The notes below the pieces were generated by a model. The model did not search any database. It was given only the letters and a program-made list of their open reading frames with translations, and was not told where the DNA came from. The position numbers were made by a program, and so were the translations under genes. A DNA stretch of 64,000 nt, taken from the NCBI GenBank assembly GCA_037133435.1, contig JBAXOD010000002.1, positions 23,545 to 87,544 on the forward strand, in the 5' to 3' direction. Below, piece by piece: positions 55,143 through 64,000 of this stretch (position 1 is its first letter; the number at the start of each line of letters is the position of its first letter). This DNA comes from Candidatus Moraniibacteriota bacterium (GTDB lineage Bacteria; Patescibacteriota; Minisyncoccia; Moranbacterales; UBA1568).

Positions 55143-56048
55143 ATGAAACGTCTTGCCGTCATTATCGGCCGATTCCAGGTCGCCCTTCTTCACGAAGGAC
55201 ACCGGCATCTCATCGAAACCGCGCGATCGGAAGCCGATTCGGTGCTCATCCTTCTCGGAAGCACCCCGGCACTCCCCTCGTCACGCAATCCGCTTCCCAT
55301 CCATATCAGAAAGGCTATGATCCACGAAACGTATCCCGATGTCCGCATCGAGGAACTTCCGGATCACCCGTCCAACCGCCTGTGGTCGGAAAGTATAGAC
55401 GAGATGATCTCGGAGCATTTTCCCGATCATACCGCCCGACTGTACGGCTCCCGGGACAGTTTCATTCCATGTTACGAAGGTTTCCTGCCGTGTGTTCTCG
55501 TCCCTCCGGCCGTCGCGCCGTCGGGAACGGAACTGCGCTCAGACATATCCGCCGTAAACCGTGACGGTCAGGACTTCCGCGCCGGCATCATCCACGCGCA
55601 GACCCTTCGTCTGCCGATCTCCTATCAGACCGTGGACATAGCGGTCATCAGACATCCGCAGAACGAGGTCCTCCTCGGAAGGAAACGTCATGACGGGGAC
55701 CGGTTCCGCTTCATAGGCGGTTTTGCTGACCCGATGGACGTTTCGCTCGAAGCGGCCGCCATGCGCGAACTGCACGAGGAGGCGGGTCACGTGGACTGCC
55801 ACGAGATCGACTATCTCGGATCGTTCCGTATTCCGGATTACCGGTACCGCTGCGAGGAGGATCAGATCATGACAGCCTTTTTCGCGACCTACCACCTCGG
55901 CGGGGCACCGAGGGCCGGTGACGATCTCGACGAAGTCGCCTGGATCCCGATCGTGGAGATCGAATCGCTCATCGTCGAGAATCATCTGCCGCTGGCGAAA
56001 CGACTGGTCGCGTACATCAATCAAAAGAAAAACGGAGCACGATCATGA
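55143..56048 (+). CDS. nadM: Bifunctional NMN adenylyltransferase / Nudix hydrolase (paralog 2)
   Basis: AGGAG RBS; IGRFQ...LHEGH; Nudix box GGFAD...AMRELHEEAG; ATGA overlap with nadV. Confidence 0.87.
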   Translation: MKRLAVIIGRFQVALLHEGHRHLIETARSEADSVLILLGSTPALPSSRNPLPIHIRKAMIHETYPDVRIEELPDHPSNRLWSESIDEMISEHFPDHTARLYGSRDSFIPCYEGFLPCVLVPPAVAPSGTELRSDISAVNRDGQDFRAGIIHAQTLRLPISYQTVDIAVIRHPQNEVLLGRKRHDGDRFRFIGGFADPMDVSLEAAAMRELHEEAGHVDCHEIDYLGSFRIPDYRYRCEEDQIMTAFFATYHLGGAPRAGDDLDEVAWIPIVEIESLIVENHLPLAKRLVAYINQKKNGARS

Positions 56049-57424
56049 ACAACGTTGAAAACATAATCCTTCTGACCGACAGCTACAAGCCGTCGCATTG
56101 GAAACAGTACCCCAAAGGGACCACGGACATCTACGGGTTCCTCGAAAGCCGCGGCGGCGAGTTTCCCGAGATCCTTTTCTTCGGTCTCCAGTATTTCCTG
56201 AAGAGATACCTCGCCGGTCCGGTCGTATCCGGAGAAGATATCGCTGAAGCCCGCGAAATCTTCGCGGCACATTTCGGAAACGGCGCGATCTTCAACGAAG
56301 CCGGATGGAAACGGATCGTCGAACGTCACGGCGGGCATCTGCCCGTACGGATCAAGGCGGTGCCCGAAGGGACGGCCGTTCCGAACTCGAACGTGCTCAT
56401 GACCGTCGAAAGTACCGATCCGGAAATGGCCTGGCTCCCGAACTACCTCGATCCGCTCCTGACAGAGCTGTGGTATCCCAGCACCGTCGCGACCCAAAGC
56501 AAGGCGATGAAGAACATCATCCTCGAATACCTCGAGGAAACCGGCGACCCCGCTTTGATCGACTTCAAACTCCATGACTTCGGGTTCCGCGGTTCGACCA
56601 GCCCGGAATCCGCCGGTATCGGGGGTGCCGCACACCTGGTGAACTTCATGGGAAGCGACAACCTCCCGGCGATCCGCATGCTGCGACGTCTCTATGCCGA
56701 GCAGATGGCCGGATTCTCCATCCCTGCAGCGGAACACAGTACGATAACGTCGTGGGGGAAAGATCACGAAGTGGACGCGTTCCGGAACATGCTCGAGCAG
56801 TTCCCCGAAGGGCTCGTTGCGGTCGTCTCCGACAGCTACGATATCTTCAAAGCCTGCCGCGAACTCTGGGGCGGAGAACTCCGGGAGAAAGTCCTCGAGA
56901 GGAACGGCGCACTCGTCGTACGGCCCGACAGCGGGGACCCCGCCACGGTCGTCGTCGAGGTACTGAACATCCTCGGTGAAGCCTTCGGCACGGAAACGAA
57001 TCGTAAGGGCTACAGGGTGCTCGACCCGCACGTCAGGGTCATCCAGGGAGACGGCATCGATCTCCGCTCGCTTCCCGTGATCCTGTCGCACATGAAGAAA
57101 AACGGGTGGTCCGCCGACAACGTCGCCTTCGGTTCGGGCGGCGGCCTTCTCCAAAAGGTGAACCGCGACACGAACCGTTTCGCGTTCAAATGTTCCGCGG
57201 CGAAGATCGACGGCGTCTGGAGGGAAGATATCATGAAAGACCCGGTCACAGATCCCGGAAAGAAATCCAAGTCGGGCAGGATGAAACTCATCCGTGAAAA
57301 CGGCACGTTCAGGACCGTGTCCGAAAATATACCCGGCGAGGATCAGCTCGTCACGGTGTTCGAGAACGGCCGAATCCTCAGGGAATGTTCGCTCGCGGAA
57401 ATCCGTGAAAGGGCGAATGCCTGA
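56045..57424 (+). CDS. nadV: Nicotinamide phosphoribosyltransferase
   Basis: TDSYK.SH..QYP, LHDFGFRG, SIPAAEHS, VSDSYD, VRPDSGDP, IQGDG, FGSGGGLLQK, DPVTDPGKKSK.G. Confidence 0.92.
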   Translation: MNNVENIILLTDSYKPSHWKQYPKGTTDIYGFLESRGGEFPEILFFGLQYFLKRYLAGPVVSGEDIAEAREIFAAHFGNGAIFNEAGWKRIVERHGGHLPVRIKAVPEGTAVPNSNVLMTVESTDPEMAWLPNYLDPLLTELWYPSTVATQSKAMKNIILEYLEETGDPALIDFKLHDFGFRGSTSPESAGIGGAAHLVNFMGSDNLPAIRMLRRLYAEQMAGFSIPAAEHSTITSWGKDHEVDAFRNMLEQFPEGLVAVVSDSYDIFKACRELWGGELREKVLERNGALVVRPDSGDPATVVVEVLNILGEAFGTETNRKGYRVLDPHVRVIQGDGIDLRSLPVILSHMKKNGWSADNVAFGSGGGLLQKVNRDTNRFAFKCSAAKIDGVWREDIMKDPVTDPGKKSKSGRMKLIRENGTFRTVSENIPGEDQLVTVFENGRILRECSLAEIRERANA

Positions 57425-57434
57425 AACGGGAAAC

Positions 57435-57478
57435 GAAAAAGCGTTCCGAGAACCATCGGGACGCTTTTCTTATTTTTC
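57435..57478. terminator. Terminator between convergent nadV and pcrA
   Basis: AAAAGCGTTCCGA-loop-TCGGGACGCTTTT. Confidence 0.7.
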
Positions 57479-57485
57479 ACGGCGG

Positions 57486-59759
57486 TCAGACCTTCCGGAG
57501 CGGTGCCATGCCGAGCATGAGTTTTTTCACGCCGACACGCTTGAACGCTATGGTAGCGATCGTTCCCGATATCGAGATGACGACGCCGCCACCGAATTCC
57601 GGATGTTCCACCTCGTCGCCGGGACGCAGGTTCTTCTCTTTCGGCGCATCCTTCGAGGAAGCGGCGACACTCTGATCCTTTCGCCGCGAAGCGTCCGCCC
57701 GAAATACCGACGCCTTCTGTCCGCCCGAAAACGCCCCATATTTCCCCGTTTTTCGCTGACCGGATCCGGACAACAGCGACGGCATCTCGTCCTCGATGAC
57801 TTCCTGAAGCAGATGTGCGGGAATCTCGCCGACGAATCGCGACGCCGGATTCACGTTCGTCGAACCGAACAGCATCCGCGCCTCGGCGGAAAGCAGATAG
57901 AGCCGTTTCTTGGCCCGCGTGATACCAACGTACATGAGCCGTCGTTCCTCCTCCAGGTCTTCCTCGGAAAACGCGCTCCGCGAATGCGGGAAGACGCCCT
58001 CCTCGAGGCCCACGATAAACACGGTCGGGAATTCGAGTCCTTTGGCGCTATGCAGCGTCATAAGGTGCACCGCTTCCGCCTTGCTGTCGATGGAATCGGT
58101 GTCCGACGAAAGCGCCACTTCCTCGAGAAACGCCGAAAGTGCGTCCGCGAGCGGACGATCCTCGTATTTTTTCGCGACGCTGAACAGCTCGCGCACGTTC
58201 TGTTCACGTTCCTCGCCCTCGGTGGTCCCATCACGAAGCGACAGCAGGTACCCGGACTCGGTCGCGAGCTCCTTGAGGATTTCCGAGAAAGTAAGCGTCG
58301 GTGTATCGGAAACGACTTCGGTCCGAAGATGCGAGAAAAGCGACGCGAACGTCTTCAGGATAAGGATCTTCTTGTCCGGGATACCGCTGTCATTGGTGAT
58401 TCCTGAAACCGCGGCCAGGGGATCCGTCCCGACCCGGTCCGCCGCTTCGGCCCATTTCGCAAGCGTCACGGAACCGATACCGCGTTTCGGTTCGTTGATG
58501 ATCCGCGAAAGTGCGATCATGTCGCGCGGATTCTGCAACAGCCGCGCGTACGAGATGACGTCCTTCACCTCCTTGCGCTGGTAGAACTTCAGTCCTCCGA
58601 CGATACGATACGGGATGGAATATCGGAGAAACGCCTCTTCGAGCGCGCGGGATTGCGCGTTCGTACGATAGAGCGCGGCGAAATCCCCGAAACGGACCGC
58701 TTCGCCTTCACCCGCAAGCTTGATCGTGCGGGCGACGAATTCGGCCTCGGCCGTCTCGTCGGAAAGCGTTCTCGCCACGATGAGTTCCCCTTCCTTTTCT
58801 TCCGTCCAGAGTTTCTTCTCTCGCTGGTTCCGATTCTTCGCGATGACGCTGCCGGCCGCGTCGAGAATGATCTGCGTCGATCGGTAGTTCCGCTCGAGCG
58901 TGATGACTTCCGCGTCCGGATAATCCTTCTCGAACTCGAGGATATTGCGGATGTCTGCCTGTCGCCACCGGTAAATGGATTGGTAATCGTCGCCGATCAC
59001 GAAGACGTTGTGATGTTTCTTGGCGAGCAGGCTGATCAGCCGGTACTGCAGCGGGTTGGTGTCCTGATATTCGTCCACGAGGATATACCGGAACAGCTCC
59101 TGATACCGCGAGAGCGTCTCCGGCGATTCCTCGAAAAGTCTCACGGTCAGCCGCAACAGGTCATCGAAGTCGAGGCTCTCCGTCTTCAGGAGTTCCGCCT
59201 CATACCGCTGATAGACCCGGGCGACCAGTTCCTCGTAGTAGCTGCCCGTTCGGCTGGAATAGGCATCCGCGTCGAGCGACTCCCCCTTGGCTCGCGAGAT
59301 CGCCTCGAGCACGGAACGCGGTTTGATCTGTTCCTCGTTCATCTCGAGTCCCTTCATCGCCGCCTTGACGATGCTTATCTGATCATCCGCGTCGAGGATG
59401 TTGAAGCGCGGGTCACGGCCGATCTTCGCGATATCGTTACGCAAGATCTTCGCCGAGATGGCATGAAAGGTACCGATGTGCGGCATGCCGCGAAACGAGA
59501 TCGGATCCGCGCTCTCCTCGGCCGCGGTCGCCAAAAGCGCCTCGACCCGGTCGCGCATCTCGCCGGCGGCCTTGTTCGTGAACGTGACCGCAAGGATATT
59601 GCGCGGCGAAATACCCTTCTCGGCGATGAGATAGGCGATACGATGCGTGAGTGTCTTGGTTTTGCCAGATCCCGCCCCGGCGAGGATGAGTGCCGGCCCT
59701 TCGGTACGCAAAACGGCTTTCTTCTGCTCCGGATTGAGCCCTTTTTCCCAAAATTTCAT
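57486..59759 (-). CDS. pcrA: UvrD/PcrA ATP-dependent DNA helicase
   Basis: AGAGSGKT, TFTNKAA, VDEYQD, GDDYQSIY, NYRS, LMTLHSAKGLEF, EERRLMYVGITRA. Confidence 0.96.
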   Translation of the reverse strand: MKFWEKGLNPEQKKAVLRTEGPALILAGAGSGKTKTLTHRIAYLIAEKGISPRNILAVTFTNKAAGEMRDRVEALLATAAEESADPISFRGMPHIGTFHAISAKILRNDIAKIGRDPRFNILDADDQISIVKAAMKGLEMNEEQIKPRSVLEAISRAKGESLDADAYSSRTGSYYEELVARVYQRYEAELLKTESLDFDDLLRLTVRLFEESPETLSRYQELFRYILVDEYQDTNPLQYRLISLLAKKHHNVFVIGDDYQSIYRWRQADIRNILEFEKDYPDAEVITLERNYRSTQIILDAAGSVIAKNRNQREKKLWTEEKEGELIVARTLSDETAEAEFVARTIKLAGEGEAVRFGDFAALYRTNAQSRALEEAFLRYSIPYRIVGGLKFYQRKEVKDVISYARLLQNPRDMIALSRIINEPKRGIGSVTLAKWAEAADRVGTDPLAAVSGITNDSGIPDKKILILKTFASLFSHLRTEVVSDTPTLTFSEILKELATESGYLLSLRDGTTEGEEREQNVRELFSVAKKYEDRPLADALSAFLEEVALSSDTDSIDSKAEAVHLMTLHSAKGLEFPTVFIVGLEEGVFPHSRSAFSEEDLEEERRLMYVGITRAKKRLYLLSAEARMLFGSTNVNPASRFVGEIPAHLLQEVIEDEMPSLLSGSGQRKTGKYGAFSGGQKASVFRADASRRKDQSVAASSKDAPKEKNLRPGDEVEHPEFGGGVVISISGTIATIAFKRVGVKKLMLGMAPLRKV

Positions 59760-59929
59760 AGTATATGTCTTTTGCCAGCGGTCCGTCGATCACTTCAGTG
59801 TAGCATGCGGCTCAGAAGCGGGAAAATTCCATCATCATGGTATAATGATGCTGATAATCATAACTTCCGTTCGTTGTCTTGACCTTCGTTGAGAAAACCC
59901 GACGAATATCGTCCGTAAAACCAAAACGT

Positions 59930-60367
59930 ATGAACCCGTTTCACCCCTATCTGGTCTTCCTGATCCCGCTTCTGGTGGGCGTCGGGACACAGGCCGTCAA
60001 ATTTCTCATTTTCACGGGCAAACACGGTTGGAAACCGGAGTACATGTTCACGCACGGGCACATGCCGTCGGCACACACCGCGTTCGCGGTCTCGCTCGCG
60101 ACGAGCGTCGGCTGGTACGAGGGGGTCGGGTCCGGATCGTTCGCCGTCGCCGCCGCGCTTGCGTTCATTCTCGTGGACGACGCCGCCCGCATCCGCATGT
60201 ATCTCGGTGACCAGGGCCGTTACCTCAATATGCTCGTCGAACAGCTCAATATAGACGGGAGCAAATTCCCCCGCCTCAAGGAACGTGTGGGACACCGCGT
60301 GAGCGAGGTCATCGTCGGCGGCGTGATCGGTCTCGTCGCCACCGTCATCCTCGCGGGGATACTGTGA
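59930..60367 (+). CDS. Divergent PAP2 family (DUF212) membrane protein
   Basis: Q.VK, G.MPSAHTA, DA..IR...G.Q...LN, LKE.VGH...EV..G. Confidence 0.85.
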   Translation: MNPFHPYLVFLIPLLVGVGTQAVKFLIFTGKHGWKPEYMFTHGHMPSAHTAFAVSLATSVGWYEGVGSGSFAVAAALAFILVDDAARIRMYLGDQGRYLNMLVEQLNIDGSKFPRLKERVGHRVSEVIVGGVIGLVATVILAGIL

Positions 60368-60373
60368 CGCGAC

Positions 60374-60712
60374 ATGTTTTTCAAATTTCCCGAAATCGAA
60401 ACGGACTCCGTATGGAGTCCGTTTTCGTATGAAATATCTTCGACCGAATCAGGCCGCCTGATGACGATCGAAATTTTCAAAAGCCGAGTTCTCGATAACC
60501 TCTTCGAGATAGGCGCCGTTTTCATCGCCAGGTCGGGGATTGAATTCATGAGCGAGATCAATCTCGGTTTCACCTTCTACCCCATTCGGGCCGTCGGCTG
60601 CGAGAAAAAAATTCGTCTCGTCGTCCTCAAAAAGTTTCTTCTTACCATCGACAGGCAGCTCATCAGAAGAAACGGGGTTTTCTCCAAAGGATCCGAACTC
60701 TATACGATTTGA
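60374..60712 (+). CDS. Hypothetical protein
   Basis: 112-aa ATG ORF 6 nt after the upstream stop, filling the gap; no motif recognised. Confidence 0.4.
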   Translation: MFFKFPEIETDSVWSPFSYEISSTESGRLMTIEIFKSRVLDNLFEIGAVFIARSGIEFMSEINLGFTFYPIRAVGCEKKIRLVVLKKFLLTIDRQLIRRNGVFSKGSELYTI

Positions 60713-60741
60713 TTTACAAGTTAGGTTCCGAAACCGATCGA

Positions 60742-60912
60742 TTACAACAGACCCATGTTGCCGAACAGGGTGAGTGTGATCACCGGCATGAGCGCCAGGA
60801 GAAACGCGAACGCGATTTCCTGATCCGCCGCCCGTCTCGAACATTCGATACACTGCGAGCATCCCGCGTGCTTGTGCACCTCGTCCGACCCGATCATTGT
60901 TTTCTCCTCCAT
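60742..60912 (-). CDS. Small 56-aa His/Cys-rich protein with C-terminal TM helix (absent from the ORF track)
   Basis: Hand translation MEEKTMIGSDEVHKHAGCSQCIECSRRAADQEIAFAFLLALMPVITLTLFGNMGLL; promoter upstream. Confidence 0.65.
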   Translation of the reverse strand: MEEKTMIGSDEVHKHAGCSQCIECSRRAADQEIAFAFLLALMPVITLTLFGNMGLL

Positions 60913-60937
60913 ATCTTTGTCTTACGATTTAACGCGT

Positions 60938-61021
60938 AAAAAGAAAACGGGGACCCCATATATTGGGTCACCCGTTTCGCTCTTACCTAGGAAGTATACT
61001 CCATTTTTCAGCAAGAGTCAA
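60938..61021 (-). promoter_or_regulatory. Promoter followed by terminator-like leader hairpin
   Basis: TTGACT(61021-61016)-17-TATACT(60998-60993); AAACGGGTGACCC..GGGTCCCCGTTT plus TCTTTTT. Confidence 0.6.
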
Positions 61022-61030
61022 ATGTCCGAA

Positions 61031-62364
61031 TTGAGACACAATTAATGTAACTATTGACCCCATCAATGAGACATCCAGAATGTAATGTTCCTAATCATCG
61101 GACGTTACATTCAATATGATGAGCAAACAAGCAAGAATCGAGTATATCAGGGAGATCAAACCGGCATACTTGAAGACGTTGAGACGAGAAAAGACCGAGA
61201 AGCTTGATGAGGCGGTACGACTCACTGCGTATAACCGAAGCTATCTCATCCGACTCCTGTCCCCGAAGACGGATCTCGTGAAGCGTGAGCGGGCGGGAAA
61301 GCGGGCTGGGAGGCGATGGCGATACGACACGAGGCTGATTGTTGTTTTGACGAAGATCTGGACGCTTCTCGACTATCCCTGCGGACTCAGGTTGAAATCA
61401 ATGCTTGCTGAGATGATACGCGTTCTCAGACGATGCAAAGAGATTGAATTGAGCGATGAAGAGGAATCCGTGCTTTTAAAGATCTCCTCACGTACCATCG
61501 ACCGAAGATTGAAACGGGAGAAGGAGATACAGAAAGTCAAAAACAAGAAAGGATTCTGTACGACGAAGCCGGGAACGTTGAAATCGAAGATTCCCCTGCG
61601 AAGAGGGCATGAGTGGGAGGAAAATGTCCCTGGGTTTTTGGAAATCGATACGGTGGCACACAATGGCGGAGACCCCTCCGGATTGTTCATATATACGCTT
61701 AATACGACGGATATATACTCGGGATGGACTGAGAGCGTTGCCTGCCTCGGAAAGAGCCAGTATGCTGTGATTGAGACTGGGTTCAAAGGAACACTCATTC
61801 CAGACTTTCCGTTTTCGGTGCGAGGTGTCGATGGAGACAGTGGCGGAGAGATCATCAACGAACTCCTCTTCCGGTATTGCAAGGAGAACGGAATCGTCTT
61901 CACCCGTTCCCGTCCGTATCATTCCAATGATGGCTGTCATATCGAGGAGAAGAATTGGACGCATGTCCGGAAGATTATCGGATATGGTCGATTGGAGTCG
62001 GAAGAGGAAGTATCGGCACTCAATGACCTCTATCGGAACGAACTTCGTCTGTACCTGAATTTCTTCCAACCACACATGAAGTGCGTCAGGAAGGAATTCA
62101 CCGGAAAGCACGCCAAACGGACCTATGAGATCAAGACGCCGTATCAGTGGCTCATGGAATCGGATGATATTTCAGAAGAACGGAAGAAATCGCTCCGTGA
62201 CTGCTATGAAAGTCTGAATCCTGTTTTATTGAAGCATGCGATTGAGAAAAAGTTGTCGGCGATCGGAAACCTTTCAAGAAATCTAACTATGGAACCCCGA
62301 TGATTCGATTACATTTCTGAATGTCTCAATGAATGGGCTTCACTTACATTTCTAGATGTCTCAA
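61031..62364 (+). mobile_element. Insertion sequence with rve-type DDE transposase and doubled terminal motifs
   Basis: Imperfect ~56-bp inverted ends (61031-61086, 62308-62364), each with two TGAGACA-N5/6-AATGTAA motifs; exact ends and target duplication unclear. Confidence 0.75.
61116..62303 (+). CDS. Transposase with integrase core (rve) domain
   Basis: GFLEIDTVAH, TDIYSGWT, DGDSGGE, FTRSRPY..ND..HIEEKN, NFFQP, TPYQ. Confidence 0.88.
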   Translation: MMSKQARIEYIREIKPAYLKTLRREKTEKLDEAVRLTAYNRSYLIRLLSPKTDLVKRERAGKRAGRRWRYDTRLIVVLTKIWTLLDYPCGLRLKSMLAEMIRVLRRCKEIELSDEEESVLLKISSRTIDRRLKREKEIQKVKNKKGFCTTKPGTLKSKIPLRRGHEWEENVPGFLEIDTVAHNGGDPSGLFIYTLNTTDIYSGWTESVACLGKSQYAVIETGFKGTLIPDFPFSVRGVDGDSGGEIINELLFRYCKENGIVFTRSRPYHSNDGCHIEEKNWTHVRKIIGYGRLESEEEVSALNDLYRNELRLYLNFFQPHMKCVRKEFTGKHAKRTYEIKTPYQWLMESDDISEERKKSLRDCYESLNPVLLKHAIEKKLSAIGNLSRNLTMEPR

Positions 62365-62507
62365 TGCGAGTGTTACCGGAATGTTCTCAATTTCGATAGG
62401 CATATTTCGGATGACTCATTCGACAAAAAATCCGGTATGTCCAAGAATTTATTGGAATGATCACAATATGCGTATCGTATTGATATCTCATGTACCGCGA
62501 CATATCC

Positions 62508-63122
62508 TCAATCTTCCGATCGCTCGATCGATTTCCTCACAAGTCGACCGATCATACCGATGGTCGTCTTATTTTGCAAAGCGAGGGAAAGAACAAGCCA
62601 AAATATCATGGCGAGAACGGTGTACGCGATCGCACCAAACCGATTGCCGGACCGGAACGAAACGAGCGCGAAAAGAACGCTGGACGAGAACACGAACACC
62701 GCTACGTCATTTTGCAGAAGGCTGCGAATCGTACGCCAGACCGCTTTCGGGATACGACATGACCGATATGCGATAACGACGATGATGATGAAAGGGACAA
62801 CGTTGAGAATCCGTCCTTTCTTTTGTCCGATCCTCTGCGGAATCATCCTCACATATTCCGCGAGCAGGTGTTGGAAGCCGCGCGATATACCGAACGATTC
62901 GAAACGATCCGATATCCACTCTTTCATGGGAAAATAAATTCCGCTTGATCCGCCGAGATAGTGAAAAAAGTCGGAAAAGACCGCGATAACCGACCACCAG
63001 ATGATGATCCAAAACATGGTCCGAAACGCCATATCGGCCGTTTCCCGAACGGCATTCGATCGCACCATCCTGCTGAGGTTTTCTTTCCAGTCATGCGTCA
63101 TAGGCGAGAATCCGATAGTCAT
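62508..63122 (-). CDS. Hypothetical membrane protein
   Basis: 204-aa ORF with about four hydrophobic segments; AGGA upstream. Confidence 0.55.
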   Translation of the reverse strand: MTIGFSPMTHDWKENLSRMVRSNAVRETADMAFRTMFWIIIWWSVIAVFSDFFHYLGGSSGIYFPMKEWISDRFESFGISRGFQHLLAEYVRMIPQRIGQKKGRILNVVPFIIIVVIAYRSCRIPKAVWRTIRSLLQNDVAVFVFSSSVLFALVSFRSGNRFGAIAYTVLAMIFWLVLSLALQNKTTIGMIGRLVRKSIERSED

Positions 63123-63140
63123 ATCATCCTATTCCTTTCC

Positions 63141-63380
63141 TCATATTTCCGCAACCGAACGTAAATTTCGAACATGCGCCACGATGTGGGAATAAAAAAA
63201 TGGAGCCTGGTCTCGGTCGTTGAACCGGTCCCAAAGCTCCTTCTTCGCATGCTTGCGGTCATAACCGCGTTTTCCCTTTTTCGTCGAGTGTGGCCCTCCC
63301 TTGTGTTTAAGCACATCCACGATTTCCGTCGGAAGTCGATGTTTCAGCTTCCGTTTGTCGATCTTGATTTTCGACGGCAT
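63141..63380 (-). CDS. Small basic protein, candidate ArfA/BrfA-like ribosome rescue factor
   Basis: AGGAGG RBS; KKGKRGYDRK motif; intrinsic terminator inside the ORF. Confidence 0.6.
   Translation of the reverse strand: MPSKIKIDKRKLKHRLPTEIVDVLKHKGGPHSTKKGKRGYDRKHAKKELWDRFNDRDQAPFFYSHIVAHVRNLRSVAEI
63194..63240 (-). terminator. Intragenic intrinsic terminator
   Basis: GGAGCTTTGG..CGGT-TCAACG-ACCG..CCAGGCTCC-A-T7, about 50 nt before the stop codon. Confidence 0.65.
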
Positions 63381-63559
63381 GTTGCCTCCTTTTTTTCTTT
63401 GTTTGAAAGAAATCTCGTTTACCTATAAATACACTATCTATATCCAAAAGTCAAGTATAATTTTTCCGGAATAGCTCGAGATTCATCAAAGTCCCCTTAT
63501 GTGTGAAAATGTCTCCCTAATCGGAAAGCTCTTTCGTTGGCCGGAAAAATCGAAAGGTC

Positions 63560-64000
63560 CTATCTCCCTTTCGCCTCAAGCTCTTCTGTTATGACCTTCT
63601 TGTCGTTCCACGGGATCTTCTTGTCGCCGACTTGCATGAATTCCTCGGCACCCTTGCCGGTAACGAGGAGAATGTCCCCGGCGGAAAGGAGCGACAGCCC
63701 CTTACGGATCGCCTCTCGCCGGTTTCGGATGCGAAAAAGCGTGGTTCCCGATTCCTTGTTCCGGATGCCTTCCTCCACCTCGTCGAGGATCCGCTCCGGG
63801 TCTTCGTAATACGGGTCCTCGTCGGTCAGGATGATGATGTCCGCCACCGAAGACACAATCTCGCCCATCATCGGGCGCTTACCCCGATCCCGGTCTCCGC
63901 ACGCCCCGAAGACGGAAACGATCTTCGCCCCGTCCGTTCTCATCGCGGCGACCAGCTCATACAGCTTCCCGAGCGAGTCCGGTGTCAACGCGTAATCGAT
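63560..64000 (-). CDS. murE: MurE-type Mur ligase, C-terminal part (start outside the window)
   Basis: DYALTPDSL, VFGACGDRD..KRP.MG, TDEDPYYEDP, RREAI, GDILLVTGKG.E. Confidence 0.85.
   Translation of the reverse strand: MDYALTPDSLGKLYELVAAMRTDGAKIVSVFGACGDRDRGKRPMMGEIVSSVADIIILTDEDPYYEDPERILDEVEEGIRNKESGTTLFRIRNRREAIRKGLSLLSAGDILLVTGKGAEEFMQVGDKKIPWNDKKVITEELEAKGR

Noticed and set aside
1-64000. Alternative genetic code 25 (TGA = Gly)
   Set aside because: Conserved genes such as clpP, gpmI, pcrA and nadV end at TGA at their expected lengths

Overview
Chromosomal window of a small-genome bacterium, most likely Patescibacteria/CPR (Parcubacteria, Moranbacteria-like). This is inferred from the TrbC/VirB2-like pilin cluster, the PrgI-VirB4-VirB6-like locus and short NusA/IF-2 proteins. 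The standard bacterial code applies (TGA is a stop). Housekeeping genes (HU, rny, gpmI, clpP, tig, nusA, infB, cca, Xer recombinase, pcrA, murE) alternate with surface/glycan genes, two tandem CsoSCA-like carbonic anhydrases, an NrtR-controlled NAD salvage locus and one IS. The most unusual signals are non-coding. (1) All five tRNA genes carry extra fragments of themselves: upstream 5' copies and/or downstream 3'-end copies, which at Gly and Ser alternate inverted/direct around structured spacers. At tRNA-Ser the duplication brackets a stand-alone GIY-YIG nuclease, and closely related hairpin doublets are inserted at the same T-loop position in Ser and Pro fragments. (2) A small basic ORF has an ArfA-like motif and an intrinsic terminator inside its coding sequence, making it a candidate nonstop-mRNA-regulated ribosome rescue factor. 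(3) A ~140-nt structured leader lies between two NrtR boxes. (4) Several families of miniature palindromic/MITE repeats and 7-9-mer tandem tracts occupy many intergenic spaces. All family assignments come from motif recognition by eye; no database search was run.
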